Source: a virus. Taken from it: a DNA stretch of 64,000 nt. The notes beneath the pieces were generated by a model that saw nothing but the letters and a program-made list of their open reading frames with translations, was not told where the DNA came from and did no database searches. The stretch is from positions 32,001 through 96,000 of the IMG/VR virus record IMGVR_UViG_3300010413_000018, one strand, 5' to 3'. Both the position numbers and the translations under genes were made by a program. Positions within the stretch are counted from its first letter, which is position 1. Each line of letters begins with the position of its first letter. This document shows, piece by piece, positions 18,742 to 28,072 of this stretch.

Positions 18742-19571
18742 TCCCCTTTGAGCGCACGCTTTTTGAGTTGTGCGTGATACGCATCAATTTCTTGTTGCAC
18801 AGTCTTAAGTAAAAGTTTGTAGTTTGTTGGGAAAAACCGATCTACTACCGCGTCCACGGTCGCTTGGGTAGGATCCTCAAGCTGAGCGAGCGCATGGCGC
18901 ATGCTGTAGTGATCGTAAATTAATTTCTTGTGAAGCGGAGTGAAAATTGTTCTACCTTCTAAACCGTAGCTTTCGCGTACTGCGTTGTACCATCCACCGC
19001 GTTTTTCCAAGCGACTGTGAGAAAATACCCAGTTGAGTGGTGGTACTGCGCTTTTGGCTTTCTTCCGGCGCTTATTGCACTTCTCACCGTCGGATTGTTT
19101 TGTCAGCATAGCTTCCATTCGGCGATAACTGAAAATAATCCACGAAGCAGGTTGAACTGAAAACTCTATCATCAAATCCGCAGCGCGTAAAAGTATTTTT
19201 CTATTTTGCTTAATCGGATCGAAGTATGTCTCAGTTTTTCCCTTCTTTAGCTTTCGCGATCGGAACGGCCAATAAATTTTTCCAGTCAGGTACTCAATGG
19301 TGTTACGCCATGTCATTGCCATAAATGCAACTTTGGCGTCGTCGCTCCATGTTGGATCAACAAACGGCGGCGACGGAACGCGGCACCATCGCACCAACGG
19401 CCAAGGCGGAATGTCCTGGTACTGATTCCAAGCTTTACGCTTTGAGGCGGGTCGTGGGCCTGGACGGCCAATCATGGTGGTAGCGGTGGCACTCGTGGTG
19501 ATTAGGCCAGCACGGGTCAAGGTGGAGGTGAGTTTTTTAGAGTCTACGTTGTGTAAGTCGTTGGATGACAT
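18726..19571 (-). CDS. Hypothetical basic protein; candidate replication initiator/helicase loader
   Basis: 281 aa, Lys/Arg-rich; first gene after the palindromic AT-rich region and directly before the helicase; function inferred from position only. Confidence 0.55.
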   Translation of the reverse strand: MSSNDLHNVDSKKLTSTLTRAGLITTSATATTMIGRPGPRPASKRKAWNQYQDIPPWPLVRWCRVPSPPFVDPTWSDDAKVAFMAMTWRNTIEYLTGKIYWPFRSRKLKKGKTETYFDPIKQNRKILLRAADLMIEFSVQPASWIIFSYRRMEAMLTKQSDGEKCNKRRKKAKSAVPPLNWVFSHSRLEKRGGWYNAVRESYGLEGRTIFTPLHKKLIYDHYSMRHALAQLEDPTQATVDAVVDRFFPTNYKLLLKTVQQEIDAYHAQLKKRALKGEWIWT

Positions 19572-19601
19572 TGAAGTCAGCTTAAATCATTTCTCTCGTC
19601 G

Positions 19602-19661
19602 TACAAAAAAAGACGGGCTAGCACCTACATGTAGGTGCGCAGCCGTTCTTTTTTATTTGTA
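19602..19661. repeat. Long inverted repeat with perfect 18-bp palindromic core
   Basis: GCACCTACATGTAGGTGC at 19621-19638, flanked by AAAAAGACGGGCT / AGCCGTTCTTTTT arms. Confidence 0.85.
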
Positions 19662-19675
19662 AAAAAGACTGACTC

Positions 19676-19790
19676 GACTTAAGAATTTAAATTATATTAA
19701 TACTTAATAATTAATTCTTAAATTTCGCGTAACGCGCACGCGACATTATAGTATTAGTGAGCGCCGTATTTAAGTTTAAAACTTAACAGG
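19676..19790. promoter_or_regulatory. AT-rich region with three more inverted repeats and a minus-strand TATAAT; candidate origin/promoter-operator
   Basis: TTAAGAATT(19679)...AATTCTTAA(19721); CGCGT-A-ACGCG (19726-36); TTAAGTTT-A-AAACTTAA (19770-86); TATAAT on - strand at 19745-50. Confidence 0.5.
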
Positions 19791-19791
19791 A

Positions 19792-20004
19792 TTACTGCGT
19801 GGCTAGTTTGTTGATACGCTTTACCTGAATTCGCTGAATTTCTAGCTTTTGAATATCTTTAAGCCTAAACAAGATATGTGTTTTGAATTTGTACGATCTT
19901 ATTGCTCCTTGGCTTACAAGTTCACTTAAATTTTTTCTTCGTATGTGCAGTATTTTTGCTGCTTCTGCGGAATTAATAAGGGTGTACTGTGTATTTATTA
20001 TCAT
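19792..20004 (-). CDS. Excisionase/MerR-like HTH (HTH_17) DNA-binding protein
   Basis: LINSAEAAKILHI...LVSQGAIRSYK...FRLKDI. Confidence 0.75.
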   Translation of the reverse strand: MIINTQYTLINSAEAAKILHIRRKNLSELVSQGAIRSYKFKTHILFRLKDIQKLEIQRIQVKRINKLATQ

Positions 20005-20027
20005 AGCATTACTGCTCTTTCTGTTTA

Positions 20028-21458
20028 TTAAGAGGGCTCCGGCGCATCAGTTTTAGTGACACTCAACGCTGAAATCACAGTGACGTCGTGGCCTTCGCGC
20101 TCATATGCATTCTTCCTAGCGTGTGAATGCTTAATCAACATGCGATTGCCTTCGTCAATAAAATCCCAAACTTGAAACGTGTTGCCTTTACCTTCTGCAG
20201 TTCGCATTCCCCGGCCAATACGCTGTAAGGTGGCGATCACACTTTTACCTGCTGCCGCGACGATCACAGATTTGAGTTCTGGTATGTCGGCGCCTTCTTG
20301 TAGTACCACTGAACAAATCAACACATCTATGTCTGCGCGCACTAAACGTTCAATCGCGGCTATTCGACTGGGAGTCATGGTAGTGCCCCATACAAATTCC
20401 GCGTTTAAACCGGCCTGTTGAAACCGTTGCAGTAGGGCTTTACCGTGCTTTATTTCTTTTACAAAAACGAGCGCTGGCTTGGCAGCTACTTGCGCAACTT
20501 GGGTAATGATTTGATTGCGCTTAGTGTTGCGCACGATGCCTTCACCGTACGCTCCTTGAAATGTAGGCGCGCGGCTTACGGCTGGAGCTTTTACCATTTT
20601 GATATCAGGCTTGGCTAGCAACCCACGCTCAATCAGTACTTCAGGTCTAAGCCTATAGATAACTGGTCCGAGTGTTCCAATTGCGAGTAAACTTCTACGG
20701 TCATCGCGCGCTAACGGTGTTCCTGAGATTCCAATGCGATAGTACGCGTTTGGTATTTGGCGAGTAACTTCGTAAAACGTGTCAGCAGCGACAGTGTGGC
20801 TCTCATCAATAATTACACCTTGAATGCCTTGAAGAAACTTTCTTGCGCGTATTGTTTTTGGATTGGTAGAGTTTTTTGGTTCGTCTTTAAGCGCTCCATG
20901 TAGTGTTTGAAAAGTGGCTGCTGTAAACCGTTCTTCTTCCCAACGGCCGTCTCCGATTCGGCCCACTACCGCTCCAGTACGCTTTACGTAACGATCGGCT
21001 GCTTGGTGCATTAGGTTTTCACGATGCACAAGAAAAAGCCAGCGACATGGAAAAGCAACCGCTAGGCCTACTGCTATTTCTGTTTTTCCCGCTCCAGTCG
21101 GAAGCCACAGAATACCGCGAGTACGTTTAGCTGCTGCGCGGACAGCAATAAACTGATAGTCACGAAGCCAATTTAAATCAGCGCTAGTGTCGCGAGTAAT
21201 AGGTTTGATACGTAGGTCTATAACATTTACGTCGAAGCCTTGGTCTTTCGCGGCTTTATAAACCATTTGAGTGAATCCGCCAGGAAATGTCTTAGAAAAT
21301 AAACTGTAAAGATGGCGCCGCGTATCACCGCTTTTGGTGAATTTTTTGTTCCAAAAGCGCGCTTTAGCGTCGTCAAAAGACAGGTATTCGTAGAGCCAAG
21401 CAGTTTCATCTTCGTTGGCAACTACTTTTGTTAAAAGATTAGAAAGTGTTAGTTGCAT
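20028..21458 (-). CDS. SF2 DNA helicase (UvsW/ResIII-like)
   Basis: LRDYQ, LPTGAGKT, IIDESH, SGTP, EGADIP, QRIGRGMR. Confidence 0.92.
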   Translation of the reverse strand: MQLTLSNLLTKVVANEDETAWLYEYLSFDDAKARFWNKKFTKSGDTRRHLYSLFSKTFPGGFTQMVYKAAKDQGFDVNVIDLRIKPITRDTSADLNWLRDYQFIAVRAAAKRTRGILWLPTGAGKTEIAVGLAVAFPCRWLFLVHRENLMHQAADRYVKRTGAVVGRIGDGRWEEERFTAATFQTLHGALKDEPKNSTNPKTIRARKFLQGIQGVIIDESHTVAADTFYEVTRQIPNAYYRIGISGTPLARDDRRSLLAIGTLGPVIYRLRPEVLIERGLLAKPDIKMVKAPAVSRAPTFQGAYGEGIVRNTKRNQIITQVAQVAAKPALVFVKEIKHGKALLQRFQQAGLNAEFVWGTTMTPSRIAAIERLVRADIDVLICSVVLQEGADIPELKSVIVAAAGKSVIATLQRIGRGMRTAEGKGNTFQVWDFIDEGNRMLIKHSHARKNAYEREGHDVTVISALSVTKTDAPEPS

Positions 21459-21460
21459 TT

Positions 21461-21868
21461 TTAGCGGTTGCTGCCGTACATTATGCGCTGATATAGCTTC
21501 GGTATTGCTTGATATTGTTGTGCAAGTGATTGGGTGTCAATGTAGCGTTTAAGCTGCATCTTTTCTTTCACTAAAATGGACTTGACTACCTTTTCTCCGA
21601 TTAAACGGTGGATGAATTTTTCGTCACGTTTAGTTCTTTTTGCTGCTTCGCTAACCGAAATGTAGCCGATTGGAATTTTGGTTGGTGCGTTGAGTTTGTC
21701 TACTAGTGATTTTTTTATAAGCCGTTGGTTGGCGACTTCGATAGAGGTTATTTTTCCATTTTTAACCCAACGCCAAACGGTTGAAAAAGCAACATCAAGG
21801 ACGATGGCTGCTTCGGAGATGGTGTAGTAGTTCGCGGTAGCGGGTAGCTCTAGTTTCTTTTTTGGCAT
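21461..21868 (-). CDS. Tandem HTH_17 DNA-binding protein
   Basis: YTISEAAIVLDVAFSTVWRWVKNGKI and a second YISVSEAAKRT repeat. Confidence 0.75.
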   Translation of the reverse strand: MPKKKLELPATANYYTISEAAIVLDVAFSTVWRWVKNGKITSIEVANQRLIKKSLVDKLNAPTKIPIGYISVSEAAKRTKRDEKFIHRLIGEKVVKSILVKEKMQLKRYIDTQSLAQQYQAIPKLYQRIMYGSNR

Positions 21869-21887
21869 GTTTTCACCTTTACCTGTA

Positions 21888-22355
21888 TTATGCAGGATTC
21901 TTTTTTTGTGTCAACTTTTCACTTACCATAGAAAGTAAAAGTTGGCGCGCGCCTGGCCACCCCGTCAGTCTATGCGCACCTATAAATGCGGTTTGATCCG
22001 TTTCATTTGCGGCTAAATGCTGGAGAAACATTAGGCGCAGTTCGCGTGTAGTGCGAGGATATGATTTCGCTCGCGTTTTTGTAAGAACAATATCTGCCCA
22101 ATTTGGAATCCACAATCCATAGATCGCGGTTTGCTCGTAAATGCGCCCTCCGGATAGGCTTACCATTTCGCGTTTAGTAGGTACGTTTCCTTCTCTAATA
22201 AGCCGTTTCCAGCTACCATCAAGTATGCACCAGCCCTCTTGGATCATGCGATCATAAATCACTTGAAACTTACAGAAGTCTGAGTTTTGGTGTGCTTCTA
22301 TGTTCTTGGAAAAACAGCGTTTTCCGCATTTCGGACATCGCCAATACCTGCTCAT
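21888..22355 (-). CDS. Zinc-finger protein (paralogue of 26022-26543)
   Basis: CPKCGK...HQNSDFC; GW; IPNWA. Confidence 0.7.
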   Translation of the reverse strand: MSRYWRCPKCGKRCFSKNIEAHQNSDFCKFQVIYDRMIQEGWCILDGSWKRLIREGNVPTKREMVSLSGGRIYEQTAIYGLWIPNWADIVLTKTRAKSYPRTTRELRLMFLQHLAANETDQTAFIGAHRLTGWPGARQLLLSMVSEKLTQKKNPA

Positions 22356-22897
22356 CTACGCTCCCACAGTTTTTGTATACGCGCGTCGTTCTTGATTGCT
22401 CGCCGCGCTAAACGAGTGGCGTGATAAACCTTGTTTATGTGACAGTGGTTTCGTTTAGCCACTTCTTCAGCCGATAGCTCGTCCAGAATGAACTGGCGTG
22501 CTAGGTGGCTGTTTGGTTGTTGTTTGAGAATGAAATTAATACGCCGCTTTATTTTTCTTTGCCAGCGTGCTTCGGCCAATTCTTTTTCTATTTCAACGTC
22601 TTCTACACCGGTTTCCGGGAGTAACTCTTCGTTTTGAAGTTTGACAATTTCGTGGAGTCCATGCCAGCTTGACGATACCGGAGCTTTGGCGCGTACAATG
22701 TGTTGGTACACAACGCGGCGCGCTACGATCCGCGCGTACGCTTTTAGGTCATTGCCGGTTAAAGCTTTCCGTCGTGTTGATGCCCAAAGAGCTAAGTACG
22801 CGGCATTGAAACAGTCTTTTTCATGGTCCGGCATTTTGAACTTCGTTGCTGCTTTGTGTGCTTCGGTTTTTAGTATTGATACAATGCTTTGTTCCAT
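22352..22897 (-). CDS. Phage sigma70/ECF-like RNA polymerase sigma factor
   Basis: Region-2-like AYLALW...AYARIVARRVVYQHI; region-4 HTH LSAEEVAKRNHCHINKVYHATRLARRAIK. Confidence 0.65.
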   Translation of the reverse strand: MEQSIVSILKTEAHKAATKFKMPDHEKDCFNAAYLALWASTRRKALTGNDLKAYARIVARRVVYQHIVRAKAPVSSSWHGLHEIVKLQNEELLPETGVEDVEIEKELAEARWQRKIKRRINFILKQQPNSHLARQFILDELSAEEVAKRNHCHINKVYHATRLARRAIKNDARIQKLWERR

Positions 22898-22906
22898 CCC
22901 TGTCTC

Positions 22907-23500
22907 CTATATAAAGTTTTGCTTAAATGCTCGCTTCACTTTTTGCCCATGATCCTTTACTTGCAGAATAATAGGCAATCTACTACGCTTTATTGATTCT
23001 GTATAACTTCCTACTTGAATTCCCAGTACTTCACTGAGTTTAAATGGATCTTTGTACTTATGCGCTTCTTTAATTATTTTCCATGGTCGCCGCGATCGTT
23101 TCTTTTTTGTTGCGATGAAAATGGGTACTAATGATTTTTGAAAGCGCCATGCGTTGTAATGAAACAACACACGAAACATGATGTTGTTGGCTACGCGCCA
23201 TTCCGCTAGTTCCATTTCAGTGAAGAAGTCTTCTAAGCGCGCGGCTATTCCATCGTGCACAGCAGTAGGTACAAAAGGAAATTCACAGCGTTCTCCCTCC
23301 TGGCTAGCTTGACGTTGGCGAACTGCAGGGTACGGGCTGTCAACATACAGTTTTGACAAGTTGCCGCGTTTTTTCCAAAAAAAGTAATGCTCTTCACGAT
23401 TAACGCGTTCATACAGTACGGCTATTGAACCCCATTTACCGGTGATAGATCGCCCGTTTACAATATTCCAGCATAGATTGGAGTTTGAATTATTTTCCAT
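22907..23500 (-). CDS. Hypothetical protein
   Basis: 197-aa ORF coupled in the operon. Confidence 0.6.
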   Translation of the reverse strand: MENNSNSNLCWNIVNGRSITGKWGSIAVLYERVNREEHYFFWKKRGNLSKLYVDSPYPAVRQRQASQEGERCEFPFVPTAVHDGIAARLEDFFTEMELAEWRVANNIMFRVLFHYNAWRFQKSLVPIFIATKKKRSRRPWKIIKEAHKYKDPFKLSEVLGIQVGSYTESIKRSRLPIILQVKDHGQKVKRAFKQNFI

Positions 23501-24335
23501 TTTTCAACATTTTTCTTACGCCAGCATGGTTGTTCAAAGCATTCATAGCCGTTCGCACTGCTTGTAAAACGTTTTGTTGATGGATTTTTGCTTTGATGTG
23601 GCGCTTTACATTAACTATTTCTTTTTGGCACACACGGCAGTAGTTTTTCGTGATAAAAGCACCTGTATCGCGCGCTTCTTTAAACCAACCATCGCACAAA
23701 ATGAAGCGATCGGTTAGTGGCTCTGCTAGGGCTACGTAGTGAAATTTTGTCTTTTCACGGTCCATTACACCTATTGTATACGGACCTATGTTGGTGGTTT
23801 CTTGTTTGCCAGTAACAAAACACTGCGTTACGATTTGACGTTTTCTAACTAAAAACTCGTTTGCAATCCACGGCGAAACATGCCGGTTTAGGTATTCGTT
23901 GAACACAAGTGCTTTCCGTTTATCGCGCATATCTTCGTTTATTTTGGTAATTGGCCAGCTTAAAATTTCTTCAGGTTTGTTGACTTTTTTTGCATAAAAT
24001 CGTTCTTGGCGAATATCTGTGCTTCTAACAAATACAGTTTCAAACAGAGCTTTATTGAAACGATTAAAGTACTCGTGTGTGAGTATGCGTCTAATCGGGA
24101 CCGTGGGTTGCTGGGCGCCTTCTAACTGCGCGCGTATAAAGCTCACTACCGATAGGCAAGTTACAGCGCTGAGTTTATTGGCGCTATCAGCTAGCGTCTC
24201 ATTATGCTTAGTACAGTCTGATGATAAATGTCGCACTTGAAAGTTTTCATCTAACGCTATGTGTACCATGTGCTTACCGGTTTTTGATAATGCACACGGC
24301 ACTTGAAAACTGTATCTTTGGTCTATTGTACGCAT
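23490..24335 (-). CDS. Hypothetical protein with C-terminal C2H2 (DBF/matrin-like) zinc finger
   Basis: YCRVCQKEIVNVKRHIKAKIH. Confidence 0.6.
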   Translation of the reverse strand: MRTIDQRYSFQVPCALSKTGKHMVHIALDENFQVRHLSSDCTKHNETLADSANKLSAVTCLSVVSFIRAQLEGAQQPTVPIRRILTHEYFNRFNKALFETVFVRSTDIRQERFYAKKVNKPEEILSWPITKINEDMRDKRKALVFNEYLNRHVSPWIANEFLVRKRQIVTQCFVTGKQETTNIGPYTIGVMDREKTKFHYVALAEPLTDRFILCDGWFKEARDTGAFITKNYCRVCQKEIVNVKRHIKAKIHQQNVLQAVRTAMNALNNHAGVRKMLKNGK

Positions 24336-24398
24336 GGCTATACTTTCAGTTTGAAGTGCCCCTCTACGAGCGACACTCCATACTCAACGCACAGACAG

Positions 24399-25571
24399 TT
24401 AGCTCCCTTTGATTCCGGCTGCAGTCATGACTTTGTTCATCTTCGTTAAGACTGGCCGTGCTTCTTTGTGTTTTAAGTGCCCGGCTTGAGCCATGCGCCT
24501 GGCAGGTCCAAAGACGATGTCTTGGGCGCCTTTTCCGGCTATTCCAGCTAGGATCGTCCAAAGCTTTTTGGCGCGCGCGTCACGGTTTTTTGCTCCTTCA
24601 GGAATTACTAGCGCGGTACAAGCTGAAAGAACCGCGTAAGTACGATCTAGACGTTTTGCGTTGTGCTCGAATTCTTCTTTGCCTTCGAGAATAGCGACCG
24701 GATCGGGAAGGTCATGCTCGTTCAAGAACGTGAATAGTTCTCCTATTACCGGTTCGCCTACATACGACGATAGCAGTGCGATTTCTTCGTTTTCGTCTAG
24801 TAGGTGAATGGTGCTGGTGGCCATGGCTCGGGTAACCATTTCCCATGTACGACGACTCGGCCAAGCGCCACTGGCTTTTGGATCATGTGCTGCCGGCATC
24901 TTGTGAAGCAGCTCTGGACGTCGCTTTACAAAAGCCGCGATTTTACCTTTTGCTTTTGCGAACTCTTCCGGCCATGCCGCTAAAACGCGTTTTTCTTCGT
25001 CTTCCGGTTTTAAGGTTTCGGAAACTTCGTCACCGACTTCGTTTTCGATAAGCCAGTCGATCCAGTTTTCAACGGTTCCCGCGTTGAATGGAAGATGCCC
25101 CATGCGGTTGGCCAATGGAGGCGGTAAGTCGTAACCGGCTGCCGCTTCTTCCACCGCGTTGTACGCCGCGATAGTGCGTACTCCTGGCGGAAGTGCGTGT
25201 CCACCGATCCGGCCTTCGAGGAACAGTCCCAACAATGGCGGTTGAAGGGCTGGCGGAGCAGTAGTCAGCTCATCGACGAATACAATACCGCGTTTCTGTT
25301 CCATGAAGTATTGCGCCCATTCTGGAGGCGGATACGTCAGCACGTTGTTTTCCGGAACCGGAACAACGCCAAACGCGCCTTCTCCGCGCTCACCTGGCGA
25401 CAGAATTTCACAGTGCATTCCGCACGATTTTGCGATTTGTTTTATTTGAGAGGTTTTGCTTGTTCCGGGAGACGCGACGAGTGCGAGCTGTAAACCCCAC
25501 CCACGAATGGTCGGCGTGAACAAGACTGCTTTGATGATTTTTTTCATATCCATGTTGCTATTATCCTCCAC
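24399..25571 (-). CDS. MoxR-family AAA+ ATPase
   Basis: Walker A ASPGTSKT, PPPEWA, Walker B VFVDEL, IAAYN, PLANRM, PSRRTWE. Confidence 0.88.
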   Translation of the reverse strand: MEDNSNMDMKKIIKAVLFTPTIRGWGLQLALVASPGTSKTSQIKQIAKSCGMHCEILSPGERGEGAFGVVPVPENNVLTYPPPEWAQYFMEQKRGIVFVDELTTAPPALQPPLLGLFLEGRIGGHALPPGVRTIAAYNAVEEAAAGYDLPPPLANRMGHLPFNAGTVENWIDWLIENEVGDEVSETLKPEDEEKRVLAAWPEEFAKAKGKIAAFVKRRPELLHKMPAAHDPKASGAWPSRRTWEMVTRAMATSTIHLLDENEEIALLSSYVGEPVIGELFTFLNEHDLPDPVAILEGKEEFEHNAKRLDRTYAVLSACTALVIPEGAKNRDARAKKLWTILAGIAGKGAQDIVFGPARRMAQAGHLKHKEARPVLTKMNKVMTAAGIKGS

Positions 25572-25618
25572 CCCAAACTAAGGTGTTGGGAAACCGTTGG
25601 TTGTTAGTTATTCTTTAG

Positions 25619-25647
25619 ATTATTGCATAAAAAAAGTAAGCTTGCAA
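25619..25647 (-). promoter_or_regulatory. Sigma70-like promoter upstream of MoxR
   Basis: Minus strand TTGCAA-N17-AATAAT; similar element at about 29010-29037. Confidence 0.5.
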
Positions 25648-25671
25648 ATAAAAAAGGTAGTTGCAAACAAA

Positions 25672-26025
25672 TTAACTCAATAACTTCTCTGCCGCTACAA
25701 GAATTTCAAACTCCATAATCACTGGATCTACGTCAATAATGCGGTCTTTTTCTGGAATAGACTTCGCAATAAATTTTAATAAGTTGAGTATGCGCTCTAA
25801 CAGTGTTCCCGGAAACATGCCGTCTTCGGAGAAAAAGTTTGGATTCCTCCAAAAAGGGCGCTCGCGGTCAGTATGAAGCCCGGCTTGAAAAACTGCTGCA
25901 TCAAAAATGACACGCACTTCTCCAATTGCTTGAAATGGTAATACTTGAAAATATTTGTTGACTACATATACCGCGTAGCGAAGATTCATAACTACTAATT
26001 CTTGCTGGCTGTTAAAGCGATTCAT
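25672..26025 (-). CDS. Hypothetical protein
   Basis: 117 aa; ATGA overlap with the upstream gene. Confidence 0.6.
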   Translation of the reverse strand: MNRFNSQQELVVMNLRYAVYVVNKYFQVLPFQAIGEVRVIFDAAVFQAGLHTDRERPFWRNPNFFSEDGMFPGTLLERILNLLKFIAKSIPEKDRIIDVDPVIMEFEILVAAEKLLS

Positions 26026-26543
26026 TTTTTCTTGAAATATGATAGTTTTAGCATCTCTTGGATGTCAGATAAACGCAGTGCCCCTAGTATGTGTTCGCGT
26101 GCAGTTGGGTTTTTCCAGACAAAAATTAATAATTCATCGCAGAACTTAGTGGATAGTTTAGGCGGTTCACCATCAATTAATGCAAATGCAGGGTCTCTGT
26201 TAGTCACTTCGTTTAATGCTTGAATTAATGTGGCTGCCCATTCTGGAACAAAAAAGCTTGTGCAATACGGCTTTCTTGGTTGTGCATGATATAGGCCATC
26301 CCAGCCATTAACTACACATGACCATGATTGTATCAAACCGCTACGCGGTATTTTAAGCTTACGGATCGGAAACCCTTCTTCTTCGAGTAACAACGCTCCC
26401 CACCTACTACCTATTGGCGCCCATCCTAAGCGTTCCATTTCTTGTTGATTTTGACGAGCTGTACATGAGACGCTTCTTTGATGCTCGTCCAACGGGAAAG
26501 CATTAGATAATACCTTCCCGCATTTTGGACAAACGTGAGACAT
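26022..26543 (-). CDS. Zinc-finger protein (paralogue of 21888-22355)
   Basis: MSHVCPKCGK...HQRSVSC; GW; VPEWA; TAATG coupling with the VWA gene. Confidence 0.7.
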   Translation of the reverse strand: MSHVCPKCGKVLSNAFPLDEHQRSVSCTARQNQQEMERLGWAPIGSRWGALLLEEEGFPIRKLKIPRSGLIQSWSCVVNGWDGLYHAQPRKPYCTSFFVPEWAATLIQALNEVTNRDPAFALIDGEPPKLSTKFCDELLIFVWKNPTAREHILGALRLSDIQEMLKLSYFKKK

Positions 26544-28054
26544 TATGCGGCTTTCGGCTGGATTTTTACTTCGCCGTCCTCGTCGATCTCGATCATGGTG
26601 CCCCAATCTATTTGGCCGTTCCAGTCACCATTTTTGGCCGGCCAAGGGATACGGCGCCCACTACCCACCAATACCCAAATCACATGAATGTCTGGAGGTG
26701 GGTTTTCGGGAGCTGGTCCACAACCGTCGGTGATAAAAACCAGAACTTGTGGCTTTTCGTGTTTGGGTAAGCGCTCGATCGCCTCAAAGCCAGGGCAGAA
26801 ATCAGTTCCGCCACCACCTTTGAGTAGCTCGGTAAGTTCACGCACATGCTGTACTTTTTTGAAACTTTGGACCTCGGCGTCTAACGCCGCGAAAGTAACT
26901 TCGGCGCTCGCAGCCTGCAGCACTCCGTTGCTCTCTTCAACTGCCAGTTTCAGCTCTTCTTTTCCCATTGACCCACTTGTGTCAACTAGGATGGCTACGC
27001 GCGGCACGGGAGTAAAATAGCTCGGCATTATGGCGCATCCGCGTCCATATCCTAATCCACCTTGGCGGCGACTTGGCTTATGGTAGGCCAGGTCAACGGC
27101 TCCGGCTTTACGGGCAATGTACATGCGGCACGCGCGGCGTAGCTTAGTGCGCCAGTCAACCTTGGGCGGTGATAGTTCGGTTTCAGCCCAACGCATCCAA
27201 TCTCCAGGTACGTTTCCTCGCCCTTTTTGCGCTTCTTGGTTGATCGCTTCAGCGGTTTGCTTCCGGATCATTGTGGTTTCAACCGGTGAACGACCGCCAC
27301 CAGCTTCTTTACGCGCTTTGTCTTCCTGAGCCGCTGGAAGGCCTCCGGATGCGGATCCACACCAGCCGGCTCCTACTTGCGGCGCGCTTGGAGTTTTACC
27401 GTTACCTTGGCCTTTTCCTTTTCCTTTTCCTTTATTTTTTCCTTGGCCTTTGCCTTGACCCTGTCCTTGGCTTTCTTGTTCTCCTTCGCTGTCTCCATCG
27501 CCTTGGCCTTGGCCTTGGCCTTGGCCTTGGCCTTGGCCTTGCTCTGCCATTTTTTGAAGCGCTTCGCGTATTTGCTGTTCCATCGCGTCGCGTTGAGGAT
27601 CCCATTCTTTCCGCAGTAGTTGATAGTATTCTTCAGCGGTTAAACCGTCGTCAAACTTGAAGTTTTTCGGAAGCGCTATGCCTTCCGGTAACGACCAACA
27701 CGCTTCGACTAAATCGTCATTGATCTCGCAATCAGCGGCTACATTCCACACTGCTTTTTCGTAAACGTCTTCATTGGGATGTGGTTTGATGCCCATCGCT
27801 TGAGATCGTTCAAAGTGCGCGCGTAAAATGTGCGATACTTCGTGCACTAAGCATCCCGCTATTTCTGCTACTGAATGCTCAACAACAAAGTCCGGATCCA
27901 CTACCATGATTCCGTCATGTGATACACCCATGGTACCGTAGCCTTTTGCTTCTATCGGGATTAACGAAAAAAGAGCGACGCGAAACCACGCCCACTTTTT
28001 GATCGCCATCAACCGCGCTGCCGCTAGTTTTTCATTCCAAGTTAGGTCTTCCAC
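26543..28054 (-). CDS. DUF2201-type metallopeptidase + VWA domain protein (MoxR partner)
   Basis: HEVSH (HExxH), WNVAADCEIND, MIDAS DTSGSM, GGGTDF, FITDG; GQ/GK low-complexity linker. Confidence 0.88.
   Translation of the reverse strand: MEDLTWNEKLAAARLMAIKKWAWFRVALFSLIPIEAKGYGTMGVSHDGIMVVDPDFVVEHSVAEIAGCLVHEVSHILRAHFERSQAMGIKPHPNEDVYEKAVWNVAADCEINDDLVEACWSLPEGIALPKNFKFDDGLTAEEYYQLLRKEWDPQRDAMEQQIREALQKMAEQGQGQGQGQGQGQGDGDSEGEQESQGQGQGKGQGKNKGKGKGKGQGNGKTPSAPQVGAGWCGSASGGLPAAQEDKARKEAGGGRSPVETTMIRKQTAEAINQEAQKGRGNVPGDWMRWAETELSPPKVDWRTKLRRACRMYIARKAGAVDLAYHKPSRRQGGLGYGRGCAIMPSYFTPVPRVAILVDTSGSMGKEELKLAVEESNGVLQAASAEVTFAALDAEVQSFKKVQHVRELTELLKGGGGTDFCPGFEAIERLPKHEKPQVLVFITDGCGPAPENPPPDIHVIWVLVGSGRRIPWPAKNGDWNGQIDWGTMIEIDEDGEVKIQPKAA
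27501..27541. repeat. Hexanucleotide tandem repeat (CCTTGG) x6 plus a partial unit, encoding a GQ linker
   Basis: Read directly from the sequence. Confidence 0.9.
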
Positions 28055-28072
28055 TTATTGCTCTCCTTATTG

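Noticed and set aside
19621-19638. Protelomerase (telRL) target site
   Set aside because: The perfect palindrome is short and no protelomerase gene is in the window
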